A DNA stretch of 64,000 bases from Treponemataceae bacterium (GTDB lineage: Bacteria; Spirochaetota; Spirochaetia; Treponematales; Rectinemataceae), in NCBI GenBank assembly GCA_963678065.2, contig CAXXVZ010000004.1, positions 352,001 through 416,000 of the forward strand, given 5' to 3'. Both the position numbers and the translations under genes were made by a program. This document shows, piece by piece, positions 1 to 9,500 of the stretch (position 1 is the stretch's first letter; every line of letters starts with the position of its first letter). The notes beneath the pieces are model-generated. The model was not told where the DNA came from. It made no database searches and saw nothing but the letters and a program-made list of their open reading frames with translations.

Positions 1-35
1 TCCTCTACGACGATCGTCCTATATAGTCTGGGCAT
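1..35 (-). CDS. Response regulator, 5' end only (YesN-like), runs off the window
   Basis: Reverse complement of 1-35 reads MPRLYRTIVVE, a typical receiver-domain start. It overlaps the end of the sensor kinase. Confidence 0.65.
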   Translation of the reverse strand, partial: MPRLYRTIVVE

Positions 36-1902
36 GAGAAATCCTCCCGCCTATCGTGACGCGGGCTCCACCGCCTTCGTCGTTCGCGACGCGGCAGAAA
101 GCTCCTTCGCCTGAGTGCAGGTACAGACGCGCAGCGATGTTCCTGAGTCCCATGCCCCCCATGCCGAGTCCCATGATTTCCCCATTGTCCCCGCGCGTGG
201 ACAGGTCGCGGTTCATGGCTTCCAGCGATCCCGGATCGAATCCCGGACCGTTGTCGCGGACTGAAACGGTCCACAGTCCATGTTCCGCGCTACCAGTTAT
301 CCCGACGAACCAGGGCGGCTCGCGGTTCGTCGCATGCTTCATGCAGTTCTCCACGAGGGGCTGGATCACCAGCTTCGGAATGACGAGATCCTCGAGCGTT
401 GAGGGCACCGATATATCGAACCGCAGATCCTCGCGGAAGCGAGTCTTCATGCACAACAGATAGCGCCGTGTGTACTCGAGCTCTTCCGGGAGCGTCACGA
501 AGGAGGACGATCCCGAGGCGCTGTAGCGGAGAAGATGGGTCAGATGTCCGATCGTCTCGGTTATATCCCGGTCCATCCCCTCCTCGGCCATGATGCCGAG
601 CACGCTCAGCATGTTGAACAGAAAATGGGGATCCATCTGGGACTGGAGCGCGAGGAAGGTGGCGCGCATCTCGCGCTCCTTCGCCTCGAGCATTCCCCTG
701 ACCGAGTCGCCGACCTTCTCGTGCATCTCCTTGAACGAGAGCTGAAGCTCTCCCAGCTCGTCGAGACTGGTGTCGATCTCGAAATCCCTCTTTCTGAGAA
801 TGCCTTCGCCTTCAAGGCTCTTGAGCGCTTCCTTCAGCTCCGAGATCGGCGCAGTGATTCGCAGGGAGAGGCGCGAGGCCAGCCACACGGCCGCTGCTAT
901 GGTGATGGCGCAGATGAGGGCGATGAGGAGGGTGAAATCCCTCACCGGCCTGAGAAGGGTGCGCTCCTTCTTTGTCACGAGTATTTTCCAATCCGTCTGC
1001 CTGGGCTCCTGGGCCACGAGGATTTCCCGCTCCCGCGAAAAAGGCCTGACCGCGGCGACAGGAACTCCGGGCTTGAGGCCCGCGACGAAGGCGCCGTCCC
1101 ATCCGGCGGCGCCGGCGGGAAAGGGATACAGCTGCCTGCCTGGGCCGTCGAAGACGAAACAGCTCTCCTCGGCACCCCCGAAATTCTTGAAGATCTCGTC
1201 GTGGAACTGCTTCACCTCGATGACGCCCAGAGGAGTCTTGGTCGAATCGTAGAAGACCCGGCACAGGGAGAGGTACAGGCGCCGACGGTAGAGCGCGACA
1301 GTTTCGTCGAGGAGTTTGTCTTCCCGGGGATAGGTGACGATCTTGGAGCCATACCTGAGGTCCAGGCCCGGAAACCACTCCTTCGCCCGCACATCGAGGG
1401 CCGCCTCCCGCGAGAAGATGCCCGCCCCCACCATTCCGCCCGAAAAATCGTAGAGATTCACCTGCGGCACGGGTTTGAGGGGGCCGATGATCGTGAAGAG
1501 CAGATCGGTGATCCGCTTGGTCGTGAGGTATTTCCCGACATTGCGTTCGGGGCTCTCCGGAGCTCCGCCGAGTTTGCCGAACTCGGCGAAATCCCGCTTG
1601 AGGACATCAGAGTTGGTGATGTTGAGGGAAATGTTGTTCATCTTGACGATTTCGGAGTCGATGGAGCGGGAAAAGGACGAGGCAAGTTCCTGGAGCGAGG
1701 CGATCGCGCGCTTTCTGAGTATGTCCGCCGTGTAGACGTAGAAAAAAACGGCGAAGATCACGGTCATGAGCACGATGAGCGCGAGGTGGGAACGGAATAT
1801 CGTCGATCGTACGCTCTTGCGGAACATCATCCGGAGTCCGTCCCGTTCCGTCCTGATTCCGCCACCGGCTATAGGCAGTACAGGTGTCCGGAACCGATTC
1901 AT
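19..1902 (-). CDS. YesM/LytS-type sensor histidine kinase with HAMP domain
   Basis: Two TM segments; LQSQMDPHFLFNML H-box, QPLVENCMKH, DNGPG, GLRNI. The true start may be the downstream MMFRKS. Confidence 0.9.
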   Translation of the reverse strand: MNRFRTPVLPIAGGGIRTERDGLRMMFRKSVRSTIFRSHLALIVLMTVIFAVFFYVYTADILRKRAIASLQELASSFSRSIDSEIVKMNNISLNITNSDVLKRDFAEFGKLGGAPESPERNVGKYLTTKRITDLLFTIIGPLKPVPQVNLYDFSGGMVGAGIFSREAALDVRAKEWFPGLDLRYGSKIVTYPREDKLLDETVALYRRRLYLSLCRVFYDSTKTPLGVIEVKQFHDEIFKNFGGAEESCFVFDGPGRQLYPFPAGAAGWDGAFVAGLKPGVPVAAVRPFSREREILVAQEPRQTDWKILVTKKERTLLRPVRDFTLLIALICAITIAAAVWLASRLSLRITAPISELKEALKSLEGEGILRKRDFEIDTSLDELGELQLSFKEMHEKVGDSVRGMLEAKEREMRATFLALQSQMDPHFLFNMLSVLGIMAEEGMDRDITETIGHLTHLLRYSASGSSSFVTLPEELEYTRRYLLCMKTRFREDLRFDISVPSTLEDLVIPKLVIQPLVENCMKHATNREPPWFVGITGSAEHGLWTVSVRDNGPGFDPGSLEAMNRDLSTRGDNGEIMGLGMGGMGLRNIAARLYLHSGEGAFCRVANDEGGGARVTIGGRISHAQTI

Positions 1903-1941
1903 GATATCACCTCCGATTCAGGAGCATCAATCCTGAATCGG

Positions 1942-3099
1942 TCAGCCTATCTGTATCTTCCGTCCCGACGCGGCGGACTCGAGCCCCGCCTCGAGCACCC
2001 TGAGCTCCATCATGCCATCGTAGAAGTCGGGGCGGATGCGCGTCTTCCTGTTGACCGCGTCCACGAAGTCGACGACGGCGTGCACGAACTCGTGTTCGTA
2101 GCCGATGATGTGTCCGGCCGGCCACCAGGCAGCCATGTAGTCGTGGCTGCCCTCGGTGGCGAGGATTGTCCTGAACCCTTGAGCGTAATCGGGGTCGACG
2201 GAGGAGAAGTACTGCAGCTCGTTCATGCGCTCGAGGTCGAAGATGAGACTGCCCTTCTCGCCGTAGATCTCGAAGTAGTTGTAGTTCTTGCGCCCGGGGG
2301 CGAAGCGCGTCGCCTCGAAAGATCCGAGGGCGCCGTTCTCGAACTCGACGAGCATGAAAGCCGCGTCTTCGACCGTGACCGCGCCCATTCCTGTGCCGGA
2401 AAGCCCGCCTTTGAAGGTGCCCGAGACGGCTTCGTCCGGAAGAGGGCGCTCGGTGATGAAGTTGGCCGTCATCCCGGTGACGGTCTTTATGTCGCCGACG
2501 AGGTAGCGCGCGAGGTCCACCGAGTGGGAGTTGAGGTCTCCCTGGGGACCGGAGCCGGCGATTTCTTTGCGCAGGTGCCAGGTGAGGGGAAAATTCGGGT
2601 CGACGATCCAGGACTGCAGGTAGGCCCCGCGCCAGTGGAAGATCCTGCCGATCTTGCCCTCGTCGATGAGGCGCTTCGCGAGCCTGACGGCCGGGCAGCG
2701 CCGGTAATTGTGGTTCACGTAGTGGGTGACGCCGGAGACTTGCGCGGCCTCCCAGAGTTCCTGGGCCTGCTTCACGCTCACGGCGAGAGGCTTCTCGCAG
2801 AACACATGCTTGCCGGCCCTCATCGCCTCCATGGCGATCTCGTAGTGGGTGGCCTGGGGCGAGCAGATGTCGACGATGTCGACATCGTCGGAGTTCACCA
2901 TCTTCTTCCAGTCTGTCTCGACGCGCTTCCAGCCCCAGCGCTCCGCGAACTCGGCGAGCTGCGCCTCGTTGCGGCCGCAGGCCACCTGCAGGACGGGCTT
3001 CGCTTCCATGTCGAAGAATTCGGGAGCGCGCTTCCACGCGTTCGAGTGGGCCTTGCCCATAAACTTGTGGCCGACGATTCCGACCCTGAGCTCTTTCAT
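1942..3099 (-). CDS. Gfo/Idh/MocA family oxidoreductase
   Basis: VGIVGHKFMG, HVFCEKPLA, NHNYRRCPA, GDLNSHSVD. Confidence 0.92.
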   Translation of the reverse strand: MKELRVGIVGHKFMGKAHSNAWKRAPEFFDMEAKPVLQVACGRNEAQLAEFAERWGWKRVETDWKKMVNSDDVDIVDICSPQATHYEIAMEAMRAGKHVFCEKPLAVSVKQAQELWEAAQVSGVTHYVNHNYRRCPAVRLAKRLIDEGKIGRIFHWRGAYLQSWIVDPNFPLTWHLRKEIAGSGPQGDLNSHSVDLARYLVGDIKTVTGMTANFITERPLPDEAVSGTFKGGLSGTGMGAVTVEDAAFMLVEFENGALGSFEATRFAPGRKNYNYFEIYGEKGSLIFDLERMNELQYFSSVDPDYAQGFRTILATEGSHDYMAAWWPAGHIIGYEHEFVHAVVDFVDAVNRKTRIRPDFYDGMMELRVLEAGLESAASGRKIQIG

Positions 3100-3117
3100 G
3101 CCTGCCTCTCCTTGTTT

Positions 3118-3978
3118 TCAGCCGACGATGGCGGCGATGCGCTTGAGTTCCGCGATGCTCTTCGCGACCGCGGCATCCTCGTCTTCATGGTAGTCGGGAT
3201 GGAGGTAGTCGATCTCGACGGCGAGGAATCCCTTGTAATCCGCTTCCTTGAGAATGCGCGCGAGGGCCAGATTGTCCACAAGGCCGTCACCGACGGGAGT
3301 CGTGGCGAAAAAGTGCCAGTTCTTCACATTCTGGCCTTTCTCGGGCTTGAGGTCTTTCACGTGGGTGGCGAAGGTGTACTTCGCGAGTTTCTTCATGCCC
3401 TCGACCGGGTCGTCGTGCACGCGCATGAAGTTGCCCGTGTCGAAGTTGATGCCGAAATTGGGTGAGCCGACGGCCTGGATGAGAAAGAGCATCTCGTCGG
3501 AATCGAAATCGATGTGATTCTCGTCGGCTATCTTCAGGCCCATGCGCTCGGCTTCCTTCGCGGCGACCGCGAACATCGCCGTGAGCTTCTCGAGCTGGGG
3601 ACCGTGATCCTCGTGGCGGAAGGCGAGACTCGATCCGACCACGCGCATCGTGTCGGCCCCGATGGCCGCCGCATAGTGCATGGCCTTCATCATATCGTCG
3701 AAGGCCTTCTCGTTCTTTCCGCCTTCGAGCCCGTCCGGATGTCCCCAGGCGAAGACCCGGTCCAGCCCGAAGGAATCCAGCATCCCCTTCACCTCGGAGA
3801 GGTAGGACGCGTCGAAACGCGGAAAGAAGCAGGATTCCAGCGAAACACCGTCGACTCCGAGTTCCTTCGCGCGAGCAAGAAAACCTTCGAGCGTCATGGC
3901 CGTGGCCGGAGCGCGCTGGTCAGGATATACTTCCCCGAAGAACCTGTGGTAACAGTAACTGTCGATGCCTACTTTCAT
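3118..3978 (-). CDS. Sugar phosphate isomerase/epimerase (AP-endonuclease-2 TIM barrel)
   Basis: ENH, NFDTGN, THVKD and AVEID metal motifs; RBS GGAGG upstream of MKVGID. Confidence 0.88.
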   Translation of the reverse strand: MKVGIDSYCYHRFFGEVYPDQRAPATAMTLEGFLARAKELGVDGVSLESCFFPRFDASYLSEVKGMLDSFGLDRVFAWGHPDGLEGGKNEKAFDDMMKAMHYAAAIGADTMRVVGSSLAFRHEDHGPQLEKLTAMFAVAAKEAERMGLKIADENHIDFDSDEMLFLIQAVGSPNFGINFDTGNFMRVHDDPVEGMKKLAKYTFATHVKDLKPEKGQNVKNWHFFATTPVGDGLVDNLALARILKEADYKGFLAVEIDYLHPDYHEDEDAAVAKSIAELKRIAAIVG

Positions 3979-4033
3979 TTCACCCTCCTGTCCCGACACT
4001 CTATCGATTGCGATATACTATCGTTTAATCATC

Positions 4034-4132
4034 ATAATACACCACTTTTCTAGCATGTCAACAATAATAATGAATAAATCGAAAACAATTGACAATAAAA
4101 AGCTTGACGATTCAAAAAAAACATCGTAGTCT
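4034..4132. promoter_or_regulatory. Divergent sigma70-like promoters
   Basis: Plus strand: TTGACG (4104-4109), N17, TAGTCT (4127-4132). Minus strand: TTGACA (4061-4056), N16, TATTAT. AT-rich intergenic region. Confidence 0.55.
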
Positions 4133-4214
4133 GAGCCTGCGCTGGTAGCTAAACTCCCCGCGCAAGCGGGTGCGGAGCGCGAAGTCCGCGCCCTTTCGGA
4201 TGGAGGATGCACCC

Positions 4215-5531
4215 ATGAAAGCCAGACTGCTTCCAGTCTACTTCACCTCAGGGATGGATGGGGAGTTCGCGGCGCAGCTGCGGACCATCTCGGAACAGCT
4301 CGCGAACGAGGCTGATTTTCTCGCTCCCGCCAGACTCGGAAGGCCCCTGCCCGAGGCCGACGCCATCGTGTTTCCCCAGCTCATCGGGGATGCCTTCAAA
4401 GAGATGGGCCAGCTCATCGCGATCGACAGCCCCTTCCTCGTCCTCACCTCGGAATTCTGCACCGTCGCGATGTGGGACTGGGAAATCGTGAGCCTTTTCA
4501 AAGCGAAAGGCGCGAAGGTCTTCACGCCCTATACCCTGGCGCAGGCGAAAATCATCTGCAGAGCACTGGGCGCCCACAGACAGCTCGCGCTCACGAAGTT
4601 CCTCGTCTTCCAGGATGACCCCGGAGAGGGCATGCAGGCGAGTATCTTCAAGCGCTTCTACTGGTGGGAGGACGAGTGCAGCCGCGCCATGAAGGAGCGC
4701 TTCGGCGTGACTGTCGAGAAGCGCAGCTTCAAAAAACTCGGCGCCGACGCGAAGCTGATTTCCGACGGGGAAGCCGACGCCGTCATACGGGAAAAGGCCC
4801 TGAGCGACGAGGGCATCGGATGCCGCCCGCTTCGCGGCGCGGCCAAGATGTACATCGCCGTGAAGCGCGAGATCGCGGGCGATGCGGCGATCAGGGGCGC
4901 CGGAATCAACTGCCTCAACGAATCCATGTACTCCGACACCACGCCTTGCCTCGCCTGGGATCTCCTTTTCAAGGAAAGCGGACTCCTGTGGTCCTGCGAG
5001 GCGGACACCATGTCCCTCCTCACGGAATACATCGTGCACGAGTCGCTCGGCGGCCCCATCATGATGAGCAACGTCTATCCCTTCCTCATGGGACAGGCAG
5101 CCCTCAAACACGAGAAGATCGCCGCCTTCCCCGAGGTCGAACATCCGGAAAACCACGCGCTGGTCGCACACTGCGGGTATTTCGGCCTGGTCTGTTCCGC
5201 TCACGCGAGGTCCTGGAAACTTGCGGCCAAGGTCCTCGGCATCGTCGACGAGAACGCCATCGCCATCGACGCCGAGCTGCCGGTCGGGCCGGTCACCCTG
5301 GCCAAGCTCGACCCATTGCTGCAAAAACTGCAGGTCATTCCCGGCGAGATCGTCAGCTACGCGGGCTACCCCGGCTCCGACTGTCGCAACGGCGCCGTCG
5401 TCCGCGTGCGCGACGGTCGCGCGCTCATGAACTCGCTTTACTCCCACCATCAGTGCTTCACGACGGGGGACAGGTCGCTCGAACTCGGACTCGTCGCGAC
5501 AGCCTTCGGACTTGAAACCTTTCTGATCTGA
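4215..5531 (+). CDS. L-fucose/L-arabinose isomerase-like protein
   Basis: GINCLNES, SCEADT, AHCGYFG, GPVTLAKL and SHHQ resemble FucI-like catalytic and C-terminal motifs; GGAGG RBS. Confidence 0.65.
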   Translation: MKARLLPVYFTSGMDGEFAAQLRTISEQLANEADFLAPARLGRPLPEADAIVFPQLIGDAFKEMGQLIAIDSPFLVLTSEFCTVAMWDWEIVSLFKAKGAKVFTPYTLAQAKIICRALGAHRQLALTKFLVFQDDPGEGMQASIFKRFYWWEDECSRAMKERFGVTVEKRSFKKLGADAKLISDGEADAVIREKALSDEGIGCRPLRGAAKMYIAVKREIAGDAAIRGAGINCLNESMYSDTTPCLAWDLLFKESGLLWSCEADTMSLLTEYIVHESLGGPIMMSNVYPFLMGQAALKHEKIAAFPEVEHPENHALVAHCGYFGLVCSAHARSWKLAAKVLGIVDENAIAIDAELPVGPVTLAKLDPLLQKLQVIPGEIVSYAGYPGSDCRNGAVVRVRDGRALMNSLYSHHQCFTTGDRSLELGLVATAFGLETFLI

Positions 5532-5567
5532 AATACGCAGCGGCCCCGAAGGCCCGCATATCATAAA

Positions 5568-5612
5568 TATGAACTAGTTTATATTGACAAACAATATAAA
5601 CTAGTTCATACT
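5568..5612 (+). promoter_or_regulatory. Perfect 19-bp inverted-repeat operator overlapping a sigma70 promoter
   Basis: TATGAACTAGTTTATATTG-acaaa-CAATATAAACTAGTTCATA; TTGACA at 5584-5589, N17, CATACT at 5607-5612. Confidence 0.8.
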
Positions 5613-5618
5613 ATTTAT

Positions 5619-5762
5619 ATGGCTGAGATAATCATCAGAGAGGTTGATGAAAAACTGCGGAATGCCTTCAAGGCGTGGTGTGTCGAGAAAGGCTCGACCA
5701 TGAAGGCTGAGTTGGTCAAATACATGCAACAGATAGTAGAGGAACGCAAGAAAGAAAAGTGA
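5619..5762 (+). CDS. 47-aa ribbon-helix-helix DNA-binding protein (ParG/FitA-like), absent from the ORF track
   Basis: Manual translation MAEIIIREVDEKLRNAFKAWCVEKGSTMKAELVKYMQQIVEERKKEK: alternating beta strand, helix, G-turn, helix. Confidence 0.75.
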   Translation: MAEIIIREVDEKLRNAFKAWCVEKGSTMKAELVKYMQQIVEERKKEK

Positions 5763-5879
5763 AGCGGATTCCCGGCACCTTCTGCCGGATCTTTGTTCTT
5801 GGCGGTATCGCAAGTCTATCGGGCGTTGAGCGGGTGGACGTTTATGTCCTTCCCATTACGAACGAGGCAGGGGGATACT

Positions 5880-6368
5880 ATGGTCAAGAACGAAAAGTCC
5901 AAGATGTGGGTGGACAGGATCCTGGGGTTTGTGGTTGGAGGGGCTCTTGTCCTCCTGGTATCGAGTGTCGGTGTCGTCAGTCCGCTCAAGACTGAAAACA
6001 CGGCGCTGAAAACCCAACTGAGCGAGATCCAGAATGGAGCGCCGCGTCTTCTGAGCGAGGCTAAAGCCTTCGTCGAAAGCAAGAACTACGACAGCGCACT
6101 GAAGACTCTGGATACACTCTTTCTTCAGCAGCCGATTTCCGCCGAAGCGGCGGAGGGCAAAAAAATGTATGCCTCAATCGAAGCCACTGTCAAACAGAAG
6201 AACCTGAAATGGGAAGCGGTCGTCGGCTCGCTCAAAACCTCATGGGAAAGGACCAAGGCCACCGAACTGAGAGGGAAGATGGAGCAGGACATGACCGACA
6301 CATTGAACAGGGAATGGGAGAACTCGAAAGACACGATCAAGAAAGAGTGGGAAGCCAAACAGCTGTAA
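5880..6368 (+). CDS. Hypothetical single-TM, helical/coiled-coil protein (162 aa)
   Basis: ILGFVVGGALVLLV TM, then an amphipathic TPR-like helix pair and a charged tail; GGGGA RBS. Confidence 0.7.
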   Translation: MVKNEKSKMWVDRILGFVVGGALVLLVSSVGVVSPLKTENTALKTQLSEIQNGAPRLLSEAKAFVESKNYDSALKTLDTLFLQQPISAEAAEGKKMYASIEATVKQKNLKWEAVVGSLKTSWERTKATELRGKMEQDMTDTLNREWENSKDTIKKEWEAKQL

Positions 6369-6419
6369 TCCCCGATAAGCCCGAGAGTGCGGCGGAGAAT
6401 CCGCCACGCGTAAAACTGT

Positions 6420-6470
6420 AAGAAGAGCCTGATCGTCCGAACGGTGTTCGTGCGATCAGGCTCTTCTTCT
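6420..6470. terminator. Long hairpin between convergent genes (bidirectional terminator candidate)
   Basis: AAGAAGAGCCTGATCG...CGATCAGGCTCTTCTT. Confidence 0.65.
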
Positions 6471-6510
6471 GTCACAGCTTGAGTGAGATGACGAGGCAGT
6501 TCACGAGCGC

Positions 6511-9500
6511 TTAAGGCTTCCCCATTTGCAATAGGATTCCGTGCTTGACCAGGCCTCGCTCCAGAGTGATCTGGCAATCCACAAGACGCCGGCCGTCCAT
6601 CTCGATCCAGGAAATTCCCCGCTCGAAATTCCCGGGATTCTCGACCCGGATCTCGTAGAGCGCCTCGCCATGACGGTAATTCATGCGGAAACCGCTCCAC
6701 CAGGCAGGGATGACGGGATCGAGTTCCAACCGGTCCCCGCGCACCTTCAACCCGAGAACCTCTTCCACCCAGGCGCGGTACATCCACGCTGCGGAGCCCG
6801 TGTACCATGACCAGCCGCCCTGGCCTGTGCGCCCCGCCAGCCGGTAGACATCCGCCACCGCCACATAGGGTTCTGCCGAGTACCGACGGACCGCTTCGGG
6901 GTTCCGCGCCTGCTCGACAGGATTCAGCATGCGCAAAAGCGTGGCTGCGCGCGTGCCATCCCCGCTGTGCGCCATCGCCATGGCGAGCCAGAGGGCGGCA
7001 TGTGTGTACTGACCTCCGTTTTCGCGCACACCCGGGGGGTAGGCCTGGATGTACCCCGGTGAGGGCGCGGTTGTGTCGAAGGGAGGCGTGAAGAGCAGCA
7101 CCAGCCCTTCATCCTCATGGACGAGCTCTTTCCACGCAGAATCCAGCGCAATCCTCGATCGCGCCGTATCGCCGCCGCTCAGGAAGGCCCAGGACTGGGG
7201 CAGGGAGTCGATTCTCGCCTCGGCGTTCGCCGACGAGCCAAGCAAGGTGCCGTCATCGAAGATCGCCCGTATGTACCACTCCCCGTCCCAGGCTGCCCGC
7301 TCGATCCGGCCGATCAGCGCTTCCCGCTGCTCAAGATAGACCCTGCCCTCGTCGGCCAGTCCCATGAGAGCGGACATCTCGGACATCCCCCGGAGCACAT
7401 CCACCAAGAACCATGCCAGCCAGACGCTCTCCCCCCTGCCTCCTGCTCCCACCAGATTCATCCCGTCATTCCAGTCCCCTGTGCCCATGAGGGGCAGCCC
7501 GTGCACCCCCTCCGTAAGACCCCGTGCAACCGCGCGGCGGCAGTGCTCGAACAGACTGGCCCGCTCGGCGGCGACCGTCGGCGTGAAGAATGCCTCGTGC
7601 TGATACTCCCGGAGCGCCGGTCCTTCGAGGAAGGGAACCTCCGCATTCAGGATACCCGCATCGCCGGAAACCCGCACATACTGGGCGACGACAAAAGGCA
7701 GCCACAGGAGGTCGTCTGATATTCGCGAGCGGATTCCCGCTCCGCCAGGAGGATGCCACCAATGCTGGACATCGCCTTCCCTGAACTGCCGGCCCGCCGC
7801 GAGGATGATGTGATCACGTGCCAGGTTGGGAGAGGCGTAGAGGAGGGCCATGACGTCCTGCAACTGGTCGCGAAAACCGAACGCGCCCCCGGACTGGTAG
7901 AAGGCTGATCTCCCCCAGATCCGGCAACTGAGGCTCTGGTACAAAAGCCATCTGTTGATGAGAAAATCTGCCGCGAGCTCGGGCGTATGCACCTCGACCA
8001 CGCCCAGGAGATCGTTCCACCACGCTTTCGTCTCTGCGAGCGCGGCCTCCACGGCCATGGCATCACGGTAGGCGAGCACCAGGGCGCAGGCTTCTTCCCG
8101 CGATCCGGCCTCGCCGAGCATGCAGACTATTTCCGTAGTTTCGCCGGGGGCCAGCTCGAAGGCGACCCGCATGGCAGCGCAGGGATCGTAACCCGCGCCG
8201 GTTCTGCCGGAGAGCGCGGCATGCTCCATGGCCGCAGCGGATTTCAGGGAACCGTTGCGCCCCAGGAAGGATGTACGATCGCCGCAGAAGGAATCGGTAC
8301 CCGGGCTGAGGGCGGCAAAGGCGACCCTTTCGCTGTAGTCGGGGTTGAAGCGATTCCGGGCAGTTATCGCCCGCATCCCGTCGTCCCACGCCGTCACGAC
8401 ATGCATTCGGCTTGTCTCGCTGTGCTCGCCGAGCAGCAATTCGACATAATAGGTCAACGAGAGGGCTCGCGGACGGGAGCTGGTGTTCTTCAGCCGCAGC
8501 ACCTGCAGCTTGATCGGCTGCCCCCCGTCCCGATCCATCGGAACAAAAACTGTCAGCTCCTGGTCGATCCCGTTACTGTTGTGCTCGAAGACCGAGTAGC
8601 CCGCGCCGTGCCGCGCCCGGTAGGCGGTTTCCTCCCGGATGGGCGATGCGGTGGGTGTCCAGCAACGGCCTGTCTTTTCATCCCGTATGTAGAGCGCCTC
8701 GGAGGCCGGATCCACCACGGGATCGTTCGACCACTCGGTCAGACGGTTTCGTTGGCTGTTTCCGCTCCAGGTGAATCCCGATCCCCTCTCGCTGATCAGA
8801 GCACCGAAACCCGGGTTGGCGATGACATTCACCCAGGGAGCGGGTGTGTCTGTACCGGCGCTGAGATAGATCGCGTACTCGTGTCCGTCAGGAGTGAATC
8901 CGCCGAGTCCGTTGAAGTAGGGCAGTTCCAGAAATGGCAGAGGGGAAGAAGGATCCTGGGGCGCAGCCTTCCATGACGGCTTTTCCTCCTGATCGGGAGC
9001 CTCTGCCGGGATGCCTACCTGCCAAGCCAGAGCGCCTCGCGCCGATACGAACACAATGTTCGCGGCCGCCAGGAGGAGGGTCAGGTCGGCCTCCGGGATC
9101 TGATCCGCACTGCGCAGAAAAACCCCGCCGGGCTTGTCCCTGCCCGTGTTCGTCGAATGTGCCTGGATGAGACCTTCCAGCCTCTCGTGCAGCGGCCGTT
9201 CGTAGCCATCGGTCTCTTCGGCGAGGATCACGAGATCCGCCATCAGCCCGTGCATCCGCCAATAGGTGTGAGCCTGGAGCATCTGCCCGACCAGGCCGAC
9301 ATCGCGGATCTCCCCGATGGTGACGAGGGCGATGGGAAGGTCGCCGGAGATTCCATATTTCCAGAGGCCTGCCTGGCCCCGTGTATTTTCTTCGATCTTC
9401 CCGGCGGGAGCGCGCAACAGCCGGTTGGGGTACAGGAGGTGGCTGGCCAGCTGCTGGAAACGGCGGGCATCGTCGCTCTGAATGTGCAGAACGCGCAGCT

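Noticed and set aside
535..3465. 976-aa plus-strand ORF, and similar long antisense ORFs such as 52366-54930, 26934-28979 and 56028-58100
   Set aside because: They are shadow frames opposite well-supported genes. High-GC codon bias suppresses stops, and they carry no family motifs.
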